Shown here: one piece after another, positions 8,382-17,222 of the stretch
Numbering within the stretch: position 1 is the stretch's first letter
Layout: each line of letters opens with the position of its first letter
Source of the DNA: Promethearchaeia archaeon
GTDB taxonomy: Archaea; Asgardarchaeota; Lokiarchaeia; Sigyniarchaeales; SOKP01
Length of the DNA stretch: 32,000 bases
Reading direction: 5' to 3'
Assembly: GCA_046497275.1 (NCBI GenBank)
Contig: JAWOFX010000083.1
Coordinates: 5,721-37,720, forward strand
The notes under the pieces: model-generated
What the model was told of the DNA's origin: nothing
Seen by the model: the letters and a program-made list of their open reading frames with translations, nothing else
Databases searched by the model: none
Program-made: the position numbers and the translations under genes

Positions 8382-9263
8382 ATGATATTGCTTTTATATT
8401 TCGATAGAACATTAGGACCTCGGGTATTTTTAACGAGTCCAAGCGATTTAGCAGAGAATTTGGAAAAACAAAATGTAAACAAAATCAAATCACTTCTTGA
8501 TTCGGGAGAAGAGGGCTTTTTCTCACATTATTTTTCGCAAGAATTAAAGACTGCCAATTGGATTTTTAAAATTAAATCAGATTGGGCGAGAGGGAGACGT
8601 GAAATGCTTATGATTACTATTATAGCTCCAGAAGAAGAGCCAGACTTTTCTTATTATGAAGAATTGTTATCGAAATTTATTGGAAAAATAAAGGGAACTT
8701 CAGGTATTTTCAAAGGTCTTTATATAGATTCGCAAATAGAGGGAGAAATGAATCAAATCCAAAAATCCTATCAAATACTAAAAGAAGAAGTAAATAACTT
8801 ATATAAAATCGTTTCAGTAAAAGTAATTGAAACCGAAGGAGATCTAATATCTCTCGAGACTCTTAAAAAGAGAAGAAAGATTGATCTTTCAAGCCAAGTT
8901 ATAAATAGAATTAGCAAGATTTCCAATAGTGCTGAAAATTGTTTTATTGTTTTTAGAACGAGAGGAGAATCCACAAAAATCGACATTATACCAGTTAAGA
9001 CTGAAAAAGTAATCCGGTTAGCCATAATATTTGGTGAACAGATGACAGTCCGGATTGTCCAGCAAATTGGTCAAATTTTTACTAGATATGAAGATTCTGT
9101 GTCATTAATATTTACTTCAGGGATATGTCAAGAGATAGATAGGTGTATTTATGAAGTTTATATTGATCCAAATATGGAAAAATTAAACAATATTATCGAA
9201 GAGATCTATAAAATCGAGGGAGTACTTTCGATTGAAGTAAAATTAATAGATATTGATAATTAA
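8382..9263 (+). CDS. uDENN/longin-like domain protein with C-terminal ACT domain (possible AbrB-like middle domain)
   Basis: N-terminal LLLYFDRTLGPRVFLTSP resembles the NPRL2/uDENN start (FFSEFHPTLGPKITYQVP). Residues ~210-290 follow the ACT beta-alpha-beta-beta-alpha-beta pattern, ending IIEEIYKIEGVLSIEV. Confidence 0.7.
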   Translation: MILLLYFDRTLGPRVFLTSPSDLAENLEKQNVNKIKSLLDSGEEGFFSHYFSQELKTANWIFKIKSDWARGRREMLMITIIAPEEEPDFSYYEELLSKFIGKIKGTSGIFKGLYIDSQIEGEMNQIQKSYQILKEEVNNLYKIVSVKVIETEGDLISLETLKKRRKIDLSSQVINRISKISNSAENCFIVFRTRGESTKIDIIPVKTEKVIRLAIIFGEQMTVRIVQQIGQIFTRYEDSVSLIFTSGICQEIDRCIYEVYIDPNMEKLNNIIEEIYKIEGVLSIEVKLIDIDN

Positions 9264-9305
9264 ATTTATTAACTGAAAATAGTTAAAAATGGTGAGAAAT
9301 TAAGA

Positions 9306-10544
9306 ATGGTGAGATTTATGGAGTGGGGCCTTATCGATAAGGAAAATTTTAAGGGAAAGAATACCTTCGATATTCCAATAAAAAGATGGGATCCCCTTTC
9401 TACCGTAGAAATTTCTACCAAAGATTTTGGGGCACATAATAGACAGAGGAGATACCATGGCCATTATGCTTATTTAAGCCCGATCAGAGGAAAAAGACCC
9501 AAAGGATTCAAAACTCCCGAAAAGAAAAGTCAGTTATTAGATTGTTCAGAGATTATACTTTCTAAAACTAAAGATATCTTTACGAGTATCACTGAAGGAG
9601 AACCCATTTTCGATGATGATGGTAATCAAATTGGTGATGGATATACAATAATAATATGTGAAGATACAAAGCGCAGAGACAATCCTTTTTCTGATGAGCC
9701 TCACAAAATCAAAAAAGTATCTGAAAATACTAAAGCAGTTACATTAATAAATAGATATCCCGCTATGGCTCGTGTAGTGGATCCTATAGTAGAAAACTAT
9801 ATCAGAAATAATTTACCTCGACATTTGAAACTTGCAAGAGGGATTAATTTAGTGACTATCTCACGAGACTTTTATCCTTCGATGTGTTTTAGGTTAATTC
9901 CAAAAGAAATTTTGACTGCGATATTATTATCAATGAAAGAAGCTATTCTATACTGTGTTCAAGAAGCCATTCAAAAAGATTATTATGATATTCCAGTGAC
10001 TCCTTTCTTTAATATCGGTATGAAAGTAGGGGGGAGCCAGCCAAGGATTCATGGGCAAGTATATATAGATTTAAGTATGGATGGACATGGTAGTCGTTTG
10101 GAGAATTATCTGAATGCATTTAAAGAAATGAAAATATGTCATTTATGCGAAACGACCCACGGAAATACAGATCGAATTATTTTAAAAACAAAATATTGGA
10201 CATTTTACACCTCAGGCAGTCCAGTGAGAAATTATCATGTACGATTTCACCCAAATGAGCATGTTCGTAGATTTACACAATTAAATATCAATCAACTTTC
10301 AGAATTAGCAGATAATTTGAAGAAATTGCTTCAAGCTATGGATGATATTGATATTGACAAAAATAGGAATATTATGATGAATTGTTGTCCCTTTCATTAT
10401 GATGCTGATTTCCATCTCTTTGGAGATATAATCCCCCATGAAATTATTGGAGGAGCAGAAATGGCTGAGGATATGAGGGTTGCGAGAAAATTACCTAATA
10501 TAGCCGCTGCAGAGATTCGTGATGCTATAGAGAAGTATATATAA
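9306..10544 (+). CDS. GalT-like HIT-superfamily sugar-1-phosphate nucleotidylyltransferase (possibly ADP-glucose phosphorylase-like)
   Basis: RGKRP, NRYPAM, and FFNIGMKVGGSQPRIHGQ (cf. GalT NxGxxxGxSxxHPHxQ). Second-half CHLCE and HVRFHPNEH, C-terminal GGAEMAED. Confidence 0.8.
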   Translation: MVRFMEWGLIDKENFKGKNTFDIPIKRWDPLSTVEISTKDFGAHNRQRRYHGHYAYLSPIRGKRPKGFKTPEKKSQLLDCSEIILSKTKDIFTSITEGEPIFDDDGNQIGDGYTIIICEDTKRRDNPFSDEPHKIKKVSENTKAVTLINRYPAMARVVDPIVENYIRNNLPRHLKLARGINLVTISRDFYPSMCFRLIPKEILTAILLSMKEAILYCVQEAIQKDYYDIPVTPFFNIGMKVGGSQPRIHGQVYIDLSMDGHGSRLENYLNAFKEMKICHLCETTHGNTDRIILKTKYWTFYTSGSPVRNYHVRFHPNEHVRRFTQLNINQLSELADNLKKLLQAMDDIDIDKNRNIMMNCCPFHYDADFHLFGDIIPHEIIGGAEMAEDMRVARKLPNIAAAEIRDAIEKYI

Positions 10545-10825
10545 TTTGATTTATATTCTCTGAATTTAAATAGATAAAGAATATATAAATTTCGAGAATG
10601 GGCATATAATTGGATGAATTTAATATTATTTATTTATCTGTTTTTACACAAAAATTTTTAAGACATTGTTTTATTTATTGGATATCCATTTGAATTATTT
10701 TTCAATTTAAAAATCTATATTTAGATAATATAGCTTTTTTAAGTTTAAAAATCGAAATAAAATAGTAATATTATTATTTTCTTCTTTATAGCGAACTTAT
10801 TAATTAGAAAAGATGGTAATTAGAT

Positions 10826-11983
10826 ATGGCAAATCAAGACTCTTGGTCTGCAGTAATATTAGCTGGGGGGCTAGGAACTCGTTTGAAACCTTTGACAAGC
10901 GAAGTTCCGAAACCGCTTGTCCCCGTCACAAATGTTAATATGGTTGATTATGCCATCGCACATTTAATATATGCGGATATAAAATATATATTAGTCGCTC
11001 TCGCCTATATGGGAGAGAATTTAAAAAATTATATAGAGCGCACTTGGACTCCAGAAAAACTTGGGGATGTAGAATTAGAATGTGTGATACAAGAAAGCAA
11101 GGGTACAGCAGATGCGGTGCGATTGATGACGGATAAAATTCAATCAAAGAATTTTGTTGTGTCAATGGCCGATATCGTGACTAATTTACCGATGCGTAAA
11201 TTTATGGACTTTCATGAAAGTAAGGAAGGAATAGCAACGATCTCTATGAAATCGGTGGAATCTCATACTTCACAATATGGTGTTGTTTTATTGGATAAGA
11301 ATCGTAAAATATATCTTTTTTTAGAAAAACCTGGGCCTATGGAATTATATGTTAGTAGTATGGCTCAAAGAAATGATCTTTATCTTCACACAAATGTAAT
11401 TAACACAGGAATTTATTGTTTTAATCGAGATATTTTTAATGTATTAAACTCTACTGATATGATGGATTTTGGCGGGGAAGTATTTCCCTATTTATTAGAA
11501 AATCAATATGACCTATATGGTTTTGTAAAGGATTATTACTGGTTAGATTGTGGGAATCCTCAGACATATTTATGGGCGAATTGGGATCTATTAAGAAAAT
11601 ATGCGTGGCCAATAACACCAAATGGAAAAGAGTACGATGGTATCTTTGTTATGGGCATTATTAACTCAGGCGAAGGAGTAAGGATCGAAAAACCTAGTTG
11701 TTTTGGGGAATACGTGCAATTGGGACAGAATGTTAAGATAAAGGAGTTGACATCCATAGGAAATAATGTGAGAATCGGGGATGATACATCAATTGAGAGA
11801 AGTGTCGCGTGGGATAACGTTGAAATAGGTGCGGGTTGTGAAATTACCGAATCAATAGTCTGTAATGATTGTAAGATAGGAGATAATGTTATACTTGATA
11901 GAGCTATAATAGCGCCCCATTGTAAAGTAAGTAATGAAAAGGAATTAATCGATAAAACCCTAAACCTCGGAGAAGAAGTATAA
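10826..11983 (+). CDS. Sugar-1-phosphate nucleotidyltransferase (mannose-1-P guanylyltransferase/GCD1-like) with C-terminal left-handed beta-helix
   Basis: LAGGLGTRLKPLT...PKPLVP, GTAD, YGVV, FLEKP, INTGIY, YWLDCG, followed by hexapeptide repeats (IGNNVRIG, IGDNVIL). Confidence 0.93.
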   Translation: MANQDSWSAVILAGGLGTRLKPLTSEVPKPLVPVTNVNMVDYAIAHLIYADIKYILVALAYMGENLKNYIERTWTPEKLGDVELECVIQESKGTADAVRLMTDKIQSKNFVVSMADIVTNLPMRKFMDFHESKEGIATISMKSVESHTSQYGVVLLDKNRKIYLFLEKPGPMELYVSSMAQRNDLYLHTNVINTGIYCFNRDIFNVLNSTDMMDFGGEVFPYLLENQYDLYGFVKDYYWLDCGNPQTYLWANWDLLRKYAWPITPNGKEYDGIFVMGIINSGEGVRIEKPSCFGEYVQLGQNVKIKELTSIGNNVRIGDDTSIERSVAWDNVEIGAGCEITESIVCNDCKIGDNVILDRAIIAPHCKVSNEKELIDKTLNLGEEV

Positions 11984-12009
11984 TTCTCGTTAAAAGGAAG
12001 GAATAAATA

Positions 12010-15000
12010 TCATTGAGATTCTTCAGAATACTCTAAAAATGTGTTAACCTTATAATCGGCTTTCTTTGCCAATAATTTCCATTTTTTGATGATATTAATA
12101 ATTTCTTCAACATCCTCTTCTTTTTGATCAGCATCAGCAATCAATCTATTTAGTAATGTAATAAAAGCAAACCAATCGCAGAAAGTGGAAAATGCCTCAG
12201 CACTAAACCATAAAGTATCTTGATATCGGTTCAAATCCAAATATTGTTGAGCATCTGAATCACTAAATAGTTGTTTTAAGATAATTGTGATTTTATTTTC
12301 TCTCAAAACTTCTTTAGTTAGGAGATTTTGTTGTTTTGTGAGCAGTTTGATTAAAGTCGTTGCTTGAGTAGAATTTAGGTTTTCCTCTGATTTCAAACCA
12401 TCTAGAGTTAATTGTATGTATTTTGATAATTGGAATTCATCTATCCAACTACGCGATAATAAGTTATAATTCTTATCAGAAACGATCTTTCCTAATTGGT
12501 GGATGAATAACCATGATAACAGAATTCCCCATTCAAATTTAGTATTTGGAATGATTCCTTCAAGATAATCTATATATTCTTTATCAAGATCAATCTTTTT
12601 TATTTCAGAATCAATATTTAACGCTAGTTTAAGTTTTTTGAGAACTTTTTCTTTAACAATTGCAATCTCATTTTCTCCAGAGGAATATTTCTTTACTTCT
12701 GAAAGAAAATCAGAAAATTTAGTAGATAGACGATCAATAATTTTATCGGGATTTTTCGAACCGATTAATTCTTCAAATTTTCGGACATTAACTAATTTTT
12801 CAAAGGGAGAATGTAATGGTTGATATATTACTTGCGTTAATGTTTGATCAATATTTTGGACACCTCTTCCATTCAATAAATCATGTAATTGCGCATAATG
12901 GAAATATTCATCATCTTGCACCACTCTAAAATCTAAGAAAGAATAAGTATCATATGCTTTTAATTCAACATATAAACCCTTCTCGTGAATTTCCTTATTT
13001 CTCCTAATATATTCTTGTCCTGAATTATAATCTTTAAAAATACAATATCCTTCTTCTGGAAGATTGAGCCCCTCACCAAGAGTCTTTTGGATTATCTTTT
13101 TATCATCATCATCCTTAACAGCGAATCCGACAGATTGTCTGATAAAACCTTTCGTTTCTGCATATTTGTTATGATAAATGATCAGACCTCTTTCCCCATC
13201 TATACGATTAGAAAAGGCATACACATCCTCATTAACATAATTCCCAGTAAAAAAATCATACAACAGAAAATTTTGAACATCAGCAAACAGATAACGTTTT
13301 TTCATTAATGGGAATATTTGATTTTCATGTCTATGAACTAAGTCCCAATCAATTGGTTCATCCCAGTAGGAGCGTTTAAATTCCATCCCATATTTTTCCT
13401 CAAACCCTTGAATTTGCCCGTGTCCAAACATAGGTAATCCCGGCATAGTCACCAGGAGAGTACATGCTCCAAAATATTTGTCTCCGTCACCAAATTGTTT
13501 GATTGCTGTTTCTTCATCTGGATTGTTCATGAAATTGACAAATCTTTTCAGAATTTTCGGATCAAATCCTAAGGTGTTTTTTAAAACCGCCCGAAATTTC
13601 GCGTTATCTTCATCACTTAACATGTTCATAAAAGAAGAATTATAAACGCGATGCATTCCTAAGGTTCGTACGAAAAATCCTTCAAGCAACCAAAATGCTT
13701 CCGCAATAAGGAGAGTATCAGGATTTTCCTTATTAATTCTATCTACCACTTCTCGCCAAAACTCCTTTGGCATTTTTTCATAAAACTCTTCTTTGGTCAT
13801 CCCGTGCTCAGCTCTTGAAGGAATTGCACCGCCAGTGCCTGGCTGAGGAAACCATAATCTTTGAAAATGTTTTCGAGTTAATGTCATTGCGGCATCAAAT
13901 CTAATAATTGGAAAAAGATGAGAGACATGAAGGATAGTTTGAATAACTGTTTCTCTAACTTGTGGCAATAAATAATTTAATTGAGCGGTATCATTCCATG
14001 GATAACTAGTTCCATCATTCCCGTGATAAATATATCTGATATCATGATTTCTGTAATCTTCTCTTTTAAAAGCTACGGCGGCATCACTTCTCGTGAAATA
14101 TTTATCCTCTAAAAAGATCCCAACATTCGGATCTCCGGAAAGATTCTCTCCAGAATAACTATAGGAAGGAAACGGTTTGTGGTTAAGTTGAATAAACCAG
14201 TCCGGATGTTCCATCGTCCATTTGGAAACGATTGCCGTATGATTTGGAACCATATCGCTTGCTAGTCTTATTCCCCGTTCATTAGCTCTTTTCTTAAGAT
14301 CCTCATAAGACTCTTTTCCACCTAAATCATAAGCTATTATATAATCATAGATAGAATAAGCACTTGCGGCAGCTTCAGGATTTCCACACCATTTTTTTAT
14401 TGTTTCTGAGGCCTTCGAACGTTCCCATATGCCAATTAACCAAAGCGCATTAAAACCCCAATCTCTTAATTTATCCAATTCTTCATTTGGTATTTCATGA
14501 AGTTTCGAAATTAAGCGATTATATTTTTTCGAAAGCTGGTGAATCCATACATATGTATGTTTGGCAATCATGCAAACATGAGGCATCCAATCTTTATCAG
14601 GAGTAAATCTTTCCTCTAAAACATCATATTCGATGACCTTCGACTCTCCCGATCCAATCCCTCTAAACATCTCTTCTTCTCTTATTAGATCAAGAGCGAT
14701 CAAAATCTTTAAGCTGAATTTCCCCAAGAAACCAGACCATTTTTCATGAATATATTCTAATTGTTTCTTTATAGAATGTGGTTCTTCGTTTATCGGGGTC
14801 TCTAACAGTTCAATTAGAGTTTGTTTTGTTTGGGAGAATTCTGGCAATTCATCAAAAAAATTCTGAATTTCTTCACAAACTTCTTTATAATTTGTTTCTT
14901 TCTTTAATGGATCATCACTAAAAAGCTCCATGTAAGGAGAAAAGGCAGGATTATTATTTGCTAACCATAAACTAATGAATTCTGTTTGAATTATCTTTTT

Positions 15001-15414
15001 CCTCTTAATATCGTTCTTTTTTTCCTCTAAATATTCTTTTGCATTAATTTTATTATTATATACACGTTCCGGAGGAAATTCTTTTATTAATGTTTTAGAA
15101 ACTTTCATTAATTTTTTCTCGCCGATGGTTTCTTTGAGATATTTGAAAAGCTCTTCATTAAGAGATATATTTTCAATCTGTTTGTCATATAAATTAATAA
15201 TATAATCCATTATCTCATATATTAATGCCATTCCGTTTATTTGACCGATTTTTAAAGCTAATTCTGGAAAATTTATTAAATCTTTTTCTTGATTTAATCT
15301 CTGAGCAAATAATCTTACGGGATATACTTCTCCGTTGAAAACTAGATTGCCTTCATCTGAGATTTCAAAATCTTCCAATTTATATTTATTCCGAGCTTTC
15401 CGAGAAATTTTCAT
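12010..15414 (-). CDS. Large GH13 (alpha-amylase family) glycoside hydrolase/transglycosylase
   Basis: GH13 regions: GFNALWLIG, DMVPNH (I), RFDAAM (II, nucleophile Asp), AEAFW (III, acid/base Glu), MNNPDE (IV), TMPGLPMFGHGQ. 1134 aa with long N- and C-terminal extensions. Confidence 0.9.
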   Translation of the reverse strand: MKISRKARNKYKLEDFEISDEGNLVFNGEVYPVRLFAQRLNQEKDLINFPELALKIGQINGMALIYEIMDYIINLYDKQIENISLNEELFKYLKETIGEKKLMKVSKTLIKEFPPERVYNNKINAKEYLEEKKNDIKRKKIIQTEFISLWLANNNPAFSPYMELFSDDPLKKETNYKEVCEEIQNFFDELPEFSQTKQTLIELLETPINEEPHSIKKQLEYIHEKWSGFLGKFSLKILIALDLIREEEMFRGIGSGESKVIEYDVLEERFTPDKDWMPHVCMIAKHTYVWIHQLSKKYNRLISKLHEIPNEELDKLRDWGFNALWLIGIWERSKASETIKKWCGNPEAAASAYSIYDYIIAYDLGGKESYEDLKKRANERGIRLASDMVPNHTAIVSKWTMEHPDWFIQLNHKPFPSYSYSGENLSGDPNVGIFLEDKYFTRSDAAVAFKREDYRNHDIRYIYHGNDGTSYPWNDTAQLNYLLPQVRETVIQTILHVSHLFPIIRFDAAMTLTRKHFQRLWFPQPGTGGAIPSRAEHGMTKEEFYEKMPKEFWREVVDRINKENPDTLLIAEAFWLLEGFFVRTLGMHRVYNSSFMNMLSDEDNAKFRAVLKNTLGFDPKILKRFVNFMNNPDEETAIKQFGDGDKYFGACTLLVTMPGLPMFGHGQIQGFEEKYGMEFKRSYWDEPIDWDLVHRHENQIFPLMKKRYLFADVQNFLLYDFFTGNYVNEDVYAFSNRIDGERGLIIYHNKYAETKGFIRQSVGFAVKDDDDKKIIQKTLGEGLNLPEEGYCIFKDYNSGQEYIRRNKEIHEKGLYVELKAYDTYSFLDFRVVQDDEYFHYAQLHDLLNGRGVQNIDQTLTQVIYQPLHSPFEKLVNVRKFEELIGSKNPDKIIDRLSTKFSDFLSEVKKYSSGENEIAIVKEKVLKKLKLALNIDSEIKKIDLDKEYIDYLEGIIPNTKFEWGILLSWLFIHQLGKIVSDKNYNLLSRSWIDEFQLSKYIQLTLDGLKSEENLNSTQATTLIKLLTKQQNLLTKEVLRENKITIILKQLFSDSDAQQYLDLNRYQDTLWFSAEAFSTFCDWFAFITLLNRLIADADQKEEDVEEIINIIKKWKLLAKKADYKVNTFLEYSEESQ

Positions 15415-15685
15415 AATTTATGTAAGGATCTGCAAAAATGATAAATTTATAGTTCCTTTCTTTTAAGTTGATTTTTTTAATTAATTAAATTAATTGAATT
15501 TAAGTATTCTTTATTAAATATATAAATTAACTGAGGGACCTTTTTGAAGAACTTAAAGTAACATTGAAAAACTAAGGAAAATATAAAAAAAAGATAAATT
15601 GTAAATAGCATAAAACTTTATTATACTATATTTAGTAAATTCAATAAAGGATTATTTAATAAGTAGGAATTCAGAGAAATTTATT

Positions 15686-17074
15686 ATGGAAGTTAGTGAA
15701 ATTAATAATTTATCAAAACTCCTTCGAAATGGGAGAATAGTTGGAAGGGCTAATTTTGTATTCACCCCAGAACTTGCAGCAGAAATTGGTGTAGTTCATG
15801 GGAGTATGTTTCAGGAAAATGAATCAATTGTATTTGGGAGAGATTATCATTCAGATTCGAGAATGTTGAAAAGAGGATATTCCTCGGGCTTTATGTCGAC
15901 GGGTGCTAATCTCTTAAATTTATCAGATTGTACAGTTCCTCTTCTTCAGTTTACTATAAGGAGATTTGGAGCAAGTGGAGGTATTTATTTTAGTGGAGGT
16001 CATTTATATTCCGAAGATGTAGGGATAAGATTTCTTGACGCCCAAGGAATAGAGATTTCTCAACATGAAATGGATAGAGTTCTTGAAATGTATAATAATT
16101 ATCCAAAAAATATAAGAAGGGTTGATCCTAATAAAATTGGGAGATTAACCGCAATACCTCAGACCGAGGATATATATATTAAATCTTTACAACAATTTGT
16201 AGATAAGAAGAGATTAGCGGAACATGATCTAAAAGTCGTTGTGGATTGTTCATATGGACCGACGGGAAAGATAACTCCTTTATTATTAAATGAACTTGGA
16301 ATTGAAACTATCGCATTGAATACTCATTATAGGCAAAGAGATTATCCCGTTCCAAATATAAAAACAATAAGAAATACTGCAGATATTGTGAAAGCATCAA
16401 ATAGTCATCTTGGAGTATGTTTTGATGTAGATGGTTCAAGAATATTGATTGTTGATGAAAATGGATTAGAAATTAGTTTTGAAGATTTACTAATGTTATT
16501 CGTATCATATAATAAAAGAATTCAAAATTCTACAGGAAGTACTATCGTCACAACTCCTGCAATCTCATCAGTAGTCAAAGAATATATCGAAGAAAGTGGA
16601 TTTCCTTTGAAAACAATCGAAAATTTCCCAGGTGAATTATCAAGACAAATAAGAGAAGAAAGAGCATGTTTTGCAGCTTCCGATACCTTAAAATTTTATT
16701 TTCCTAATTATGCACCATTCTCTGATGGAAATTTTATATTGCTTAAGATCTTAGAGATTATGACCGAACAAAATGATTTATTAAGCTCTTTGACAAGGGG
16801 GTTTCCAAAAGGAATAAAAGTGAATAAAACAATTCCTATTTCCTCTGATATTATCGATAAAATTCATAATAAATTGAGAGAAATAACAGAGAATAAAAAT
16901 TATACCTTCCATGATATTATAAACGAATTAAAAATTATCCAAGACGATGTATATACCAACATCAAGGTTGCTCTTTATAGAGATGCCCTTTTACTTTCTG
17001 CAGAATCAGATAATAAAGATAAAGCACGAAAAATGATTTTAGAAATGGAAAAAATGATCGCTGAGATCCAGTGA
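15686..17074 (+). CDS. Alpha-D-phosphohexomutase (PGM/PMM) fold protein with degenerate active site
   Basis: FTPELAAEIG, FGRDYHSDSRML, LKVVVDCSYG and CFDVDGSRI are family landmarks. The phosphoserine motif TASHNP is replaced by SGGHLY. Confidence 0.88.
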   Translation: MEVSEINNLSKLLRNGRIVGRANFVFTPELAAEIGVVHGSMFQENESIVFGRDYHSDSRMLKRGYSSGFMSTGANLLNLSDCTVPLLQFTIRRFGASGGIYFSGGHLYSEDVGIRFLDAQGIEISQHEMDRVLEMYNNYPKNIRRVDPNKIGRLTAIPQTEDIYIKSLQQFVDKKRLAEHDLKVVVDCSYGPTGKITPLLLNELGIETIALNTHYRQRDYPVPNIKTIRNTADIVKASNSHLGVCFDVDGSRILIVDENGLEISFEDLLMLFVSYNKRIQNSTGSTIVTTPAISSVVKEYIEESGFPLKTIENFPGELSRQIREERACFAASDTLKFYFPNYAPFSDGNFILLKILEIMTEQNDLLSSLTRGFPKGIKVNKTIPISSDIIDKIHNKLREITENKNYTFHDIINELKIIQDDVYTNIKVALYRDALLLSAESDNKDKARKMILEMEKMIAEIQ

Positions 17075-17184
17075 TTTAGTAGATTACTAAAGATTTTTTT
17101 CATTAAGATCTATATTAAAAAATTTTTTACAATTATTGGCGTATTAAAAGTTTAATATAAATAAAGCCATTATTAATATAATTC

Positions 17185-17209
17185 ATAATAATAATAATAA
17201 TAAAAAAAA
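17185..17209 (+). repeat. (ATA)6 microsatellite followed by an A-run
   Basis: ATAATAATAATAATAATA at 17185-17202, then A to 17209, about 14 nt before the TTG at 17223. Confidence 0.7.
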
Positions 17210-17222
17210 GGATGGTTATATC

